A DNA stretch of 64,000 nt from Candidatus Limnocylindrales bacterium. Its GTDB lineage: Bacteria > Chloroflexota > Limnocylindria > Limnocylindrales > CSP1-4. The DNA lies in contig DASUKL010000066.1 of NCBI GenBank assembly GCA_036278755.1, positions 625 to 64,624 of the forward strand, written 5' to 3'. Position 1 is the stretch's first letter. Each line of letters starts with the position of its first letter. Under the pieces are notes generated by a model. It had not been told where the DNA came from. It ran no database searches and saw only the letters and a program-made list of their open reading frames with translations. This document shows, piece by piece, positions 1-9,520 of this stretch. The position numbers were made by a program, and so were the translations under genes.

Positions 1-453
1 CCTGGGGACGCGACCAGGCCGGCAACGGAGGCGACATTGATGATCCGCCCACCGCCACGCGCGCTCATGTGAGGGATCACCGCTTTGGAGCACAGGAAGA
101 CACTCTTCACATTGACCGCCATCACATGGTCCCAGTCCTCCTCTGCGAGCTCCTCGACCATGCCGAGCCAGCCGGTACCCGCGTTGTTCACGAGCACGTC
201 GATGCGCCCCCAACGGTCGATGACGTCGCCGACCGCTGCCTCGACCTCGGTGCGAGCGGTGACATCCACGGATTGGGCGATCGATGTGCCACCGGCGGCC
301 TCGATCTCAGCGGCAACGGCGACGCCGCGCTCCGGCTGACGTTCGAAGATCGCGATCGCGAAGCCCTCTGCGGCGAGGGCCCGAGCGATCGCCCGCCCGA
401 TCCCCGAACCCGCCCCGGTGACGACCGCTACCGGTCGTGTCTGCTCATCCATG
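1..453 (-). CDS. short-chain dehydrogenase/reductase (SDR); C-terminus cut by the window edge
   Basis: Minus-strand N-terminus MDEQTRPVAVVTGAGSGIGRAIA... has the TGxxxGIG Rossmann motif and an NNAG motif; ATG at 451-453. Confidence 0.8.
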
Positions 454-482
454 ACTTGCACTCCTGCCTGGGCCGCACTTCT

Positions 483-1502
483 TTATGTGATCGAGGCGTG
501 GATAGGAGCCACGAACACGACCACGTCACCGCTCGCGGCAGCGTGGTTGCCATGGCGGGGATAAGCGAGGACGTAGCCTGCCGCCGGGCTCCGGATCTCC
601 TCGAGCACGTCGCCCCAGGCGTCGCGGATCAAGACCACGGACTGCCCGGCCTCGACCCAGGTGCCGATCGGTACCTGAGGGTGGACGAAGCCCCCTCGTT
701 CTGGCGTCACCCGAAGCTGCGGCCCCAGGACCCCCTCGATGACCGGAAGGCCCACTTGTGGCTCTGGCGCGCCCTCGAGCATGTGGAGATGGCGCAGCAC
801 GTTGAGCACACCCCGCACCCCACCCTCGATGATCGTCGAGTCGAAGTCGTAGTTCGGGGTCAACTCCACGGTCAGGGTCGGCTTGCCGGCAGCCAACGAC
901 ATATCCGCGAGCAGCCCGACAAGACGTTCCTCGAAGCCGTATCCCTGTCGCTTGGCCTCGGAGATGATCGTCGTGAAGCCGAAGACCTTGGACAAGGTGA
1001 CGCTCTCACGACCAGCCGCGGAATCGCTCCAGCGCACGAAGTTGAAGAGGATCGAGTCGCGCGCATTGCAGTGCAGGTCGAGCACGTAGTCCGACTGATC
1101 GATGGCATGAGTCGATATCGCGGCGACCGCTCGATTGGTCAACGTCTCCGTCGCATCGCCGGGGAAGATCCGGTTGGCGTTGAGGCCATCCTCGAGGCTG
1201 TGATAGGTGCTCGTCCGGAAGGCCAGCGGATTCTGGATCGGGAAAGCGATGAGTCGCCCAGCCAGCTCTGACGGCTGGATGCGCTCCCGCATGACCCGCC
1301 GGATGACCTCGGCGCCGGAGGGCTCGTCACCGTGGATAAGGCCGCCGAGGTAGACCGTCGGGCCCGGTGCGGCGCCGTTCATGAGCAGGACGGGTAGGGC
1401 TAGCTCCGTGCCATCCTGCTCGTAGCCGACGACGATCCGACCGCGGGCTGACGCGCCCGGCGGGCAGGTGAGGTCGGCGACGACAAGGTCGTTCGTAGGC
1501 AT
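483..1502 (-). CDS. succinylglutamate desuccinylase/aspartoacylase (AstE/AspA) family zinc hydrolase
   Basis: 339 aa with an HGDEPSG zinc-binding-like motif and family-like layout; ATG at 1500-1502. Confidence 0.75.
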   Translation of the reverse strand: MPTNDLVVADLTCPPGASARGRIVVGYEQDGTELALPVLLMNGAAPGPTVYLGGLIHGDEPSGAEVIRRVMRERIQPSELAGRLIAFPIQNPLAFRTSTYHSLEDGLNANRIFPGDATETLTNRAVAAISTHAIDQSDYVLDLHCNARDSILFNFVRWSDSAAGRESVTLSKVFGFTTIISEAKRQGYGFEERLVGLLADMSLAAGKPTLTVELTPNYDFDSTIIEGGVRGVLNVLRHLHMLEGAPEPQVGLPVIEGVLGPQLRVTPERGGFVHPQVPIGTWVEAGQSVVLIRDAWGDVLEEIRSPAAGYVLAYPRHGNHAAASGDVVVFVAPIHASIT

Positions 1503-1534
1503 GTCACGATGCTCCTAAAATGGGTTACGGTCGG

Positions 1535-2271
1535 TCACAGGTTCGACTCGTCCGCAGCGGCGCTGACGAGCTCGGGTAGAGCCGCGGTGACCGCGCGGGC
1601 ACGCTCGGCGTCGCGCTCGCCAAGCGTGGCTGTCACCCGCTGGGCGACCGAATCGATGTGGTCTCGGATCTCGTGCTCTGCCGCGTCCCCATCGCCGGCT
1701 CGGATGGCGGCGACAAGACGCGCGTGCCGATCGGGGACGTCGGCGAGGTCGCGATAGAGGGTGTCCACGACCTGTTGAGACAGCAGCCGGATCTGGTTCG
1801 ACATGCCGTGCCAAGCGTCGAGCAACCGATGGTGGTCAGACGCCCGACAGACCGCCTCGTGGAAGCGCACGTCGAGGGCCGACAGTTTGGCCAGATCCTT
1901 CTCAGCGCCCGCGCGGCGCATCTCGGCCACGATGCCGTCGAGCTCTGCCAGCAAGGCGTCGCTATGGTTGCCGATGACCAGGCGGATGCCCATCGCCTCG
2001 AGCGTCGAACGCAGGCTGTAGACCTCCCATGCGTCCCGCGTCGACAGGGTGCTCACGACCTTGCCCCGTCGGCCCGCGGCCATGACCAGGCCGTCCGCCT
2101 CGAGAGCTCGCAGCGCGTCCCGGACGGGTGCCCGGCTCACGCCCAATCGGGACGCCAGCTGCTCCTCCACGAGCCGCTCGCCGGGCGCGAGGGTCCCCAC
2201 CAGGATCGCGTTCCGCAGACGGCCGTAGACATCGGCGAAGAGATCGGCCCGTTGGATCGGCTCGAGCATCG
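1535..2271 (-). CDS. GntR/FadR-family transcriptional regulator
   Basis: N-terminal winged HTH (LASRLGVSRAPVRDALRALEADGLV) plus an FCD-like C-terminus. Start chosen at the ATG (MLEPIQ) 5 nt after a GGAGAC Shine-Dalgarno; the ORF track extends to a TTG at 2329. Confidence 0.8.
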
Positions 2272-2290
2272 CGTCTCCCATTGCATACGA

Positions 2291-2309
2291 GAGACGGTAC
2301 ACGGTATCC
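2291..2309. promoter_or_regulatory. candidate operator GAGACGGTACACGGTATCC in the gntR/TPP-enzyme divergent promoter
   Basis: 17/19 identical to a second copy at 6289-6307; contains GGTA/TACC-type half-sites. Confidence 0.45.
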
Positions 2310-2369
2310 TGAAGACGAGCGGCGGTCAAGCCCCACCCAGGGCCCGCCCGGGGACATGGAGGAGACGAG

Positions 2370-3965
2370 GTGGCGAACGGGAGCCCTTCGGTCGCGGACG
2401 TGGTGGCCAGGACGATCGCCTCGGGGGGGACCCGCTTCGCCTTCGGTCACCCTGGCGGGGAGGTGGTCCTGCTGATCGATGCCCTTCGTCGGAGTGGCGT
2501 GCCCTTCCTCCTGACCCATCACGAGACGAGCGCGGCATTCATGGCCCTCGGACATGGCGAGATCACCGGGATCCCGGGCGTCTGCGTCGCCACGCTCGGA
2601 CCAGGAGCCACCAATCTCGTTACCGGGGTCGCCAGTGGCCTGCTCGAACGCGCGCCCCTATTGGCCTTGACCGGGGCACTGTCGACCGCCGCTCCGGCCG
2701 GGACGACGCACCAGGCGCTCGACCTCAACGCGCTCTATCGGCCGGTCACGAAGGCCTCCTGGGCCGTGCGCAGAGACGATGCCGCGTCCACGGTCCGATC
2801 TGCGCTGGACCTGACCAGAAGGCCACAGCGTGGAAGCGTCCACCTCAGCGTCCCTGCCGACGTCGCTGCCGCACGGGCGGCCTCGCCCGAGGATCCCGCC
2901 GGTTCGCGCAAGCCTGCGCTCGTGCTACCGGAGCCCGACGGCATGGATCGGGCCGCCCGGATCCTGGCGACCGCGTCTCGGCCGGCCATCATCGTCGGCT
3001 TAGGGGCCGTGCAGACCAACGCGGCCGAGCCGCTGCGCGCATTAGCTCGAGCCCTGCAAGCACCAGTGGCCACGCTGCCCAAGTCAAAAGGCGTGTTTCC
3101 CGAGGATGATCCCTGGTTCGCCGGCACCCTTGAGATGGCGGGCGACGACCTGGTCGTGGAGTTCCTCACCGACGCAGACGCCATCATCGCGGTCGGCGTC
3201 GACCCGGTCGAATTCGACAAGCCCTGGCGGCTTCAGGCGCCGGTCATCCGCGTGGACGAGATCCCGGATCCCGATGGCTACGTCCCGGTCGAAGTCGACC
3301 TTGCGGGCGACGTCCCAGCGACGTTGCAGGTGCTGGCCCAGTCCAGCCACCCATCAGGCTGGCCGAGCGACAGCACCACTTCGCTGCGAGCCCGACTCCG
3401 TGCCCTGCTGCGACCCGACGGAGACCGGCTCCACCCCACCGATGTGGTCGACACGGTGCGCGCAGCTCTCCCCCGTGAGGCGATCGCCACGTCCGACGTG
3501 GGAGCCCACAAGATGCTCGTGGGCCAGGCTTGGTCCAGCTATGCGCCACGCACCTTCTTCATGGCCAACGGCCTCTCATCGATGGGCTACTCGATCCCCG
3601 TCGCCACCGCGGCGTGCCTCCTCCAACCCGAGCGTTCGGTCGTCGCCTTCGTCGGCGACGGGGGGCTGACGATGTATCTCGGCGAGCTCGAGACCTTGGT
3701 CCGCGCGGGGGTGGATCTCCTGATCGTGGTGTTCGCCGATCGCAGCCTCGAGCTCATCCGACGCGCCCAGCTTCGTCGGGAGGTCCCGACCGAAGGCACC
3801 TCCTTCGCCGACCCGGACTTCTCCGCCCTGGGCTCCGTCTTCGGCATCACCTCCGTCGAGGTGGATTCGAAGGCGACCCTGCGGAAGGCCCTGCCTCGGC
3901 TGCTGACGAGCCACGGCGTCCGTCTCCTGGCCGTGAGGATCGACGGTGATGACTACCGCTTCTGA
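2370..3965 (+). CDS. thiamine-pyrophosphate-dependent enzyme, acetolactate-synthase large-subunit family
   Basis: 531 aa with TPP N, middle and C domains (GDGG near the C-terminus); GTG start 6 nt after GGAGGAG. Confidence 0.85.
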   Translation: MANGSPSVADVVARTIASGGTRFAFGHPGGEVVLLIDALRRSGVPFLLTHHETSAAFMALGHGEITGIPGVCVATLGPGATNLVTGVASGLLERAPLLALTGALSTAAPAGTTHQALDLNALYRPVTKASWAVRRDDAASTVRSALDLTRRPQRGSVHLSVPADVAAARAASPEDPAGSRKPALVLPEPDGMDRAARILATASRPAIIVGLGAVQTNAAEPLRALARALQAPVATLPKSKGVFPEDDPWFAGTLEMAGDDLVVEFLTDADAIIAVGVDPVEFDKPWRLQAPVIRVDEIPDPDGYVPVEVDLAGDVPATLQVLAQSSHPSGWPSDSTTSLRARLRALLRPDGDRLHPTDVVDTVRAALPREAIATSDVGAHKMLVGQAWSSYAPRTFFMANGLSSMGYSIPVATAACLLQPERSVVAFVGDGGLTMYLGELETLVRAGVDLLIVVFADRSLELIRRAQLRREVPTEGTSFADPDFSALGSVFGITSVEVDSKATLRKALPRLLTSHGVRLLAVRIDGDDYRF

Positions 3966-5181
3966 GAGCTCCGGCTCGATCTGGTTGAGCGAGGCACGAC
4001 TCGTCGATCTGGAGCAGGCCACTGCGAGCCCGCCGCTCACGCTCGAGATCCAGGACGGTCGGGTGGCGGAACTCCGCGCGGCGCCACCGATGGGGGAGCA
4101 TCACGTCGTCGACTGTCGCGGCCTGTTCCTCATGCCCGCGCTCACCACCTGCCACGTCCATCTCCAGGCGACCTACCCTTACGCGGCTCGGGACCCCGAC
4201 GAGCCCGCGGCGCGCACCGCCCTCCGGGCCGCTGCGCATGCGACACGTCTCCTGCCCCTCGGCATCGCCACGGTCCGCACCGTGCACGAGCAGCATCAGG
4301 CGGACCTTCGCGTCCGCGAGGCGATCGATCGAGGATGGGCGCGCGGTCCCCGGATCATCGCCGGCGGGCGGGCCCTGACGGCGGTGGGTGGGCACGGGGA
4401 TGGCCTGGGTGCGGCGACGGCTTCCGGTGAAGATGGGTTCTATGGAGCCGCGATGCGCGAGCTCGAAGCCGGCGCGGACCACATCAAGATCTTCGCCTCG
4501 GGGGGCCTGGCCCGAGCGGGGGAGGCTCTCGACCGGCCGGAACTTTCCCAGGCCGAGATGCGCGGAGCGGTCCGCGCTGCTCAGTCAGCCGGCACCTACG
4601 TCGTCGCCCATGCAGCCTCGGCGCAGGCGATCAGGGTCGGTCTCGAGGCGGGCGTACGCTGCTTCGAGCACGCCTACCTGCTCGACAGCAGCACTGCGGC
4701 CCGGATGGCCGAAGCGAAGGCCTACCTGACGCCTACGCTGGTCGTTACCCACACTGACGACTGGATGGCGGCGGCGGGATTCGATCGACCGGCCCGCGAG
4801 CGGAGCGCGAGGATGGCCGCGACCCATCTGGCGAGCGCGAAGACCGCCATCGAGGCGGGCGTCCAGATCCTCCACGGCACGGACTTCCCGCCGGACGGGC
4901 ACTCGTCGGGGACGACGCTGACGGTGCGCGAGCTCGAGTTGCTCGTCGCCGCCGGCCTCACCGCCCCCCAGGCCCTCCTCGCCGCGACTCGTGCCCCAGC
5001 AAGTCTCCTCGGGCTCGCCTCGACCTCGACCTCCCTCGGCCGTGGTGCACCGGCGGACCTCATCGGCGTCGCGGACGATCCCCTGTACTCCGTGTCGGCG
5101 CTACGGGATCTACGGCTTGTCATGCACGCAGGTGAGCTGGTCGTGGGGCCTCGAGCCGCAGGCCCTACCCTCCCTTCCTGA
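3946..5181 (+). CDS. metal-dependent amidohydrolase family protein
   Basis: 411 aa with an HxH-like metal site (CHVHLQ) and an amidohydrolase layout; overlaps the upstream gene by 20 nt. Confidence 0.75.
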   Translation: MMTTASESSGSIWLSEARLVDLEQATASPPLTLEIQDGRVAELRAAPPMGEHHVVDCRGLFLMPALTTCHVHLQATYPYAARDPDEPAARTALRAAAHATRLLPLGIATVRTVHEQHQADLRVREAIDRGWARGPRIIAGGRALTAVGGHGDGLGAATASGEDGFYGAAMRELEAGADHIKIFASGGLARAGEALDRPELSQAEMRGAVRAAQSAGTYVVAHAASAQAIRVGLEAGVRCFEHAYLLDSSTAARMAEAKAYLTPTLVVTHTDDWMAAAGFDRPARERSARMAATHLASAKTAIEAGVQILHGTDFPPDGHSSGTTLTVRELELLVAAGLTAPQALLAATRAPASLLGLASTSTSLGRGAPADLIGVADDPLYSVSALRDLRLVMHAGELVVGPRAAGPTLPS

Positions 5182-5214
5182 CCTCTGTCTGATCCGACCT
5201 GGATCGCGTCAGGC

Positions 5215-6243
5215 TCAGACCTGATAGACGCCGTCCTGGACGATAAGCTCGTCATCAAACCACGCCGTGGCAGCGAGAGCGCTGGCATCGATGTGCCATT
5301 TGGTCGCCATCGCGCCGCCGTATGCGGTGTTGGTCCCGATGCCGAGGTGGAAACCGCCGAAGATGCGTTCATCCTCCACCGGCCAACCCACGGGGGTGCG
5401 CGCCCGGAGGTGGCAACCGAAGCCGTACTCGGCGATGGCGAAGGCTCCGGGATCATCGAGCTCGTCGGCCATCCGTTTCCATTCCTGGGCCGCGGGCCCG
5501 CCGTCGATCTCGACGACGTAACCCGCCTCGATCGTGAGGCGCACCGGAGCTTCACCGGTGAGAGGGCGGCGCACCGGCGTGATGCTCGCGTCGACGACGA
5601 GGGTCCCACTCGTCGTCCCGAAGTCCGGTCCGCCCCCTGCCAACCCGGGCACGAAGTGGGTCCATCCGCCGGGACCGTGGTACAGGGCGTCCATGTTGTG
5701 GACCTCGAGGTCGCCGACCGAGCAGGTCACGTCAGTCCCCTTGGCTGTCGTGACGCGGAGCGTGCCACCCCGACGGAAGCGCTCGGACAAGGCCGTAGAC
5801 GTCCGCCCGATCGCCTCGAGCTCCTCCACCGAGCGGGGTACCAGGTCCAGCCCCCTCCCGCGACCGACGGTGTTCGCGGCGCTGTCGCCACCGAAGATCC
5901 CCAGCACGCGAGCGCCCTTGGCCAGCGCGTTCCGCGTGGCCTGCGTATGGAAGGCCGCCATCGTTGTCCCGATGAAGATCACGTCGGCCGCGGCCATGGC
6001 TCCAGCCACGACTTGAGGCAGCTCCTCGTTCGGTCGGGAGCGAGCCGGGAACTCGATGAGACTGACCTCGGCACCGATCGCCCGCGCGGCGACGTAGACG
6101 GCGTCCGCGAGCTCTCGTGAGCCTGGGTAATCGCGAGCAGTCGGATCGGTGACGACGACCGCCCGCTCTCGGGCCTGGAGCCGCGTGGAGTACTCGACGG
6201 CGATCTGGGCCGCCGGCAACCACTGCACGATCCTTGAGTCCAC
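5215..6243 (-). CDS. M29-aminopeptidase / NicX (2,5-dihydroxypyridine dioxygenase)-like protein
   Basis: C-terminal EYGFGCH...GIGTNTA...WHID resembles the NicX/AmpS fold. Start set at the GTG (VDSRIV) 5 nt after GGAGG; the ORF track starts at a TTG at 6318, which would bury the shared operator motif inside coding sequence. Confidence 0.6.
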   Translation of the reverse strand: MDSRIVQWLPAAQIAVEYSTRLQARERAVVVTDPTARDYPGSRELADAVYVAARAIGAEVSLIEFPARSRPNEELPQVVAGAMAAADVIFIGTTMAAFHTQATRNALAKGARVLGIFGGDSAANTVGRGRGLDLVPRSVEELEAIGRTSTALSERFRRGGTLRVTTAKGTDVTCSVGDLEVHNMDALYHGPGGWTHFVPGLAGGGPDFGTTSGTLVVDASITPVRRPLTGEAPVRLTIEAGYVVEIDGGPAAQEWKRMADELDDPGAFAIAEYGFGCHLRARTPVGWPVEDERIFGGFHLGIGTNTAYGGAMATKWHIDASALAATAWFDDELIVQDGVYQV

Positions 6244-6288
6244 GATGACCTCCGATCCCGCCCCCGCACGTTGCACTACTATATACCG

Positions 6289-6307
6289 GAGACGGGATAC
6301 GGTATCC
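6289..6307. promoter_or_regulatory. candidate operator GAGACGGGATACGGTATCC (second copy)
   Basis: Contains the inverted repeat GGATAC-G-GTATCC. Lies between the NicX-like gene (minus strand) and the Gfo/Idh/MocA gene (plus strand). Confidence 0.45.
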
Positions 6308-6352
6308 AATCCTGTCAACGCTCGGTCGCCGGCAACAGCATCGGAGGAAGGC

Positions 6353-7414
6353 GTGGCTGATGGACAAGCCCAGCGCAGTGGACCGCATCGGTTCGCCGCC
6401 GTAGGGGCCGGCAGGTTCGCTCATCTCTACCATTTGCCAGCGCTGCTCGCCCACCCGCGCGCCAGCCTGACGATGATCTGTGACCCCACGCCGTCAGAGC
6501 ACACGGTCGATCTGGCCAGGCAGGCAGACATCCCGATCGTCGCCGACCTCGATGCGGTGCTCCAGCCAGATATCTGCGACGCGGTGGTCATCTCGACGCC
6601 TGACCGCCTCCACGCCCCCCAGGTTCGCAGCGCCCTCGAGGCGGGGAAGCATGTTCTCGTCGACAAGCCATTCGTCCTTGACGGAGCGACCGCGCGAGAC
6701 CTGACTTCGGTCGCTGAGCGCGATCGCCTGGTGACGGCCGTGGCCTTCAACCAGCGGTTCTCCAACGCGTACCTGCATGCGCGGCGGCTCGTTGCAGAGG
6801 GTGAGCTCGGCGTCATCCGACGCGTCGAGACCATCCAGCTCGGTGGCGACTGGGTGATCTCCCAGGATGGATCGGCGCCCCGGCAGACCGGGCCCCTGCG
6901 GCCGGCCTGGTATCAGGACCCCGAGCTCGCGGGCGGTGGCGTCCTCGTCGGTCGCGGCGCACACATGGCGGACATCGTTCCTTGGGTCCTCGGCCGGCGA
7001 CCGGCTCGACTGCGGGCTGAGGTCGTCCCCGGCTTGTCTGGCGAGGTTGACCGAGGCGGGACAGCGGATCTCGATTTCGGCGATCTCACGTGGCGCTTCG
7101 CCTCCCTGGCTGACCCTGCGCCCCTCTGGGACGACGTCCGGATCTACGGATCGGCGGGCCGTCTCGAGATCCGCAAGCCCGAGGGCACGCTGGGCTTCTG
7201 GTCGATCGCTTACGGTGATATCCACGACGTTGTCATCCCGACTCCGGAACCGGGCATCGACACGGTGGCCGTCGACGACTTCATCGAAGCGATCGAGGGG
7301 CTACATGCGCCCCGCTGCGACTTCGCGAGCGCCTGCACGTCGGTGGACATCCTCGAGGCGATGTATCTCTCCGCCGCGGAGGGAGGCCGATGGGTCTCCA
7401 TCGGCCGGCCATGA
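6353..7414 (+). CDS. Gfo/Idh/MocA-family NAD(P)-dependent oxidoreductase
   Basis: FAAVGAGRFAHLYHLPAL Rossmann N-terminus and a family C-domain; GTG start 3 nt after GGAGGAAG. Confidence 0.8.
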   Translation: MADGQAQRSGPHRFAAVGAGRFAHLYHLPALLAHPRASLTMICDPTPSEHTVDLARQADIPIVADLDAVLQPDICDAVVISTPDRLHAPQVRSALEAGKHVLVDKPFVLDGATARDLTSVAERDRLVTAVAFNQRFSNAYLHARRLVAEGELGVIRRVETIQLGGDWVISQDGSAPRQTGPLRPAWYQDPELAGGGVLVGRGAHMADIVPWVLGRRPARLRAEVVPGLSGEVDRGGTADLDFGDLTWRFASLADPAPLWDDVRIYGSAGRLEIRKPEGTLGFWSIAYGDIHDVVIPTPEPGIDTVAVDDFIEAIEGLHAPRCDFASACTSVDILEAMYLSAAEGGRWVSIGRP

Positions 7415-7578
7415 ACCTGGCTCGCCCGCGGCGATCGTAAACAGCGGGTCCTCGGTTGGAATCCGAGCGTCGGCTCCACTTTGCAACCCGTCGGCCAGCC
7501 CGAGCGGGGTGCTGTCGCTGATCCAGGTGCGGCCTGCTCGCCCCCCGGATAGAGCCGTCCCCGAAGTAATGTTGCGGC

Positions 7579-8495
7579 GTGAAGCCCCGTATCTTCCTCG
7601 GCTCGTCCGGGAAGCAGACGAAGCTGGTGCGGTCACTCACGCGTGGCCTGGCGGAGGTCGCGGACGTCGAGCCCTGGACGGCGGCCTTCAATCCGGGCGT
7701 CTCGACCCTCGATCGCCTCGTCGAGCTCACCCGCGAGGTGGACTTCGCGGCGTTCGTCTTCGCCCAGGACGACTGGACCAGCAATCCTTCGGGATCAGCG
7801 GCCTCGGGCCAGGCGTCGCCCCGCGACAACGTCGTCTTCGAAGCCGGCCTGTTCGGCGGCGCGCTGGGCATGCGCCGGACGTTCATCCTCCACGCCACGG
7901 GCGCGAAGCTGCCGTCCGATCTCTTCGGCATGACGGCGGTGCGTTACCCCGTGAACCCCACGCCTGCCGACATCCGCGAGGTGAACCAGAAGGTCCGCAA
8001 GGCGATCGGGGATGAGGGTCGACTGACCCGCCTGGAGGGGGACTGGTGGCAGCATTCGCTAACGGCCCGGAGCGAGCGTGAGCCGTCGGCGATCAGCCTG
8101 CTCCGGATCTCTCGGGATCGCGATGGCGGTCTCCTTGTGGCCGGCCGGGGATGGCAGGAGGACGGGACGCTCTCGTCGCGATACTGGAGCGTCGCCTCCA
8201 AGGAGCACCGCGATCCGCCAGCGGTCTTCTATTTCTGGAACGGCGAGCGACCACGCGATCCCGATACCCCCAGCTGGAGGGCACGGGCGAGATCCGACTC
8301 GAGTCGGTCGACCGGGCCTCCGGCTACTGGACGACCCGATCCGACGTAGATCCGCTGCTCCGCGAGCGAACGTCCGGCGTTTACCTGCGCGCCGATCCGG
8401 ACGACATGCGCACGCTCGACAGCGGCGAGCAGCAACCGCGCGCGGACCTGCTGGCCCGGCGTCTCAGGGAGTGGTCGACGATCTCGCAGTCGTAA
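7579..8495 (+). pseudogene. TIR-like domain protein (COG4271/PF10137-type, like CBASS/Pycsar effector TIR domains) with a +1 frameshift at a C5 run near 8267
   Basis: N-terminus RIFLGSSGKQ...FAAFVFAQDDW...PRDNVVFEAGLFGGALGMRRTFIL...LPSDLFGMTAVRY matches the TIR-like signature. Frame 1 turns into R/P/S-rich junk after ...FWNGERPRDPDTP. Frame 2 continues plausibly (QLEGTGEIRLESVDRASGYW...) to a stop at 8495. Confidence 0.6.
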
Positions 8496-8647
8496 CGCCG
8501 GTCGAGCACCTCCCAGTACGAGTCGAACGTGTCCGCGAGGGGCCGGCTGATAAAGGAACCCAGGCTTATGCCGCAACGCGCTGGCCGATCTCGGGCGAAC
8601 CCGAGAACGGGCAGACGATCGCGAAGCTCTCCCCCTGATCCTGATAG

Positions 8648-9508
8648 TCAGAGCCGAAGGGTCACCCGGTTGCGGAGTTCGCCCACCGCCTCGACCCACA
8701 CGACGACCTCATCGCCGAGTTGCAGGAAGAGCGGCGGGTCGTACGACTCGCCGGTGCCGTGTGGCGTCCCTGTGGTCACGACATCACCAGGACGCAGGGT
8801 GACGAACCGACTGACTTCGGCTAGGATCTCCGCCACCGTCCAACGCATCTCGCTCGTGGAGGCATCTTGGCGGATCTCGCCGTTCACGCGACTCCCGAGG
8901 CGGAGCCGTTGTGGATCCGGCACCTCGGCCACCGGCACGATCCATGGCCCCAGGGGGCAGAAGCCAGGCCCGGACTTGCCGAGGATGTACTGGTCGCCAG
9001 CGAAGCGCTGATCACGCGACGCGGCATCGTTGACGCAGGTATAGCCGAAGACGTAGTGGAGCGCGTCCTCCACGGCGACCCGGTCCATGGTTCGGCCGAT
9101 GACGATGGCGAGCTCGGCCTCGTAATCGAGCTGCGGGTACGCGACCGGGTCCCAGGGGATGTCGTCATCGGGCCCGATGACCGCGCTGGCGAGCTTGGCG
9201 AAGACGAGGGGCGGCCCTCGTCTCGCACCCCGTGAACCGTTGGGCAGAGGGTAGTTCTCGCCGATGGTCAAGATGGTGGCTGGCGCACACGGGGCGCCGA
9301 GGCGGACCTCCTCCAGCGGCCGGCCCGCTCGAGCGACGCTGCGCTCGGCATCTCTCACCACGCCCTCGACTTCCTCAGGCGCGCCATACAGGTCGGCCAC
9401 GCGACTGACACGCCCGTTGCTCGCTCGCTCGAGAGTCACATACCGTTCACCCGCGATCCAGACGCCCTCGGGCGTCCCATCCGCATGCTGGATCTCCGCC
9501 AGCGCCAT
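8648..9508 (-). CDS. fumarylacetoacetate hydrolase (FAH)-family protein
   Basis: 286 aa with family-wide similarity (…YTCVNDASRD…GKS.PGFCPLGPW…). Confidence 0.85.
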   Translation of the reverse strand: MALAEIQHADGTPEGVWIAGERYVTLERASNGRVSRVADLYGAPEEVEGVVRDAERSVARAGRPLEEVRLGAPCAPATILTIGENYPLPNGSRGARRGPPLVFAKLASAVIGPDDDIPWDPVAYPQLDYEAELAIVIGRTMDRVAVEDALHYVFGYTCVNDAASRDQRFAGDQYILGKSGPGFCPLGPWIVPVAEVPDPQRLRLGSRVNGEIRQDASTSEMRWTVAEILAEVSRFVTLRPGDVVTTGTPHGTGESYDPPLFLQLGDEVVVWVEAVGELRNRVTLRL

Positions 9509-9520
9509 CGCCCGGGTTCC

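Noticed and set aside
1658-3109. Long plus-strand ORF (483 aa, Arg/Pro/Gly-rich) overlapping gntR and the TPP-enzyme gene; similar ORFs include 33089..35101 (+), 37000..40446 (+), 35397..36950 (-), 47134..48705 (-) and 21408..22949 (+).
   Set aside because: These are mirror-frame artefacts. In a ~70% GC genome the antisense frame sharing third-codon positions also lacks stops. Their translations are low-complexity R/P/G/A-rich, and recognisable protein families occupy the opposite strand.
7415-7578. Hairpin CTCGG-TTGGAAT-CCGAG after the Gfo/Idh/MocA stop as an intrinsic terminator
   Set aside because: The stem is only 5 bp and has no U-tract, so it is not convincing.
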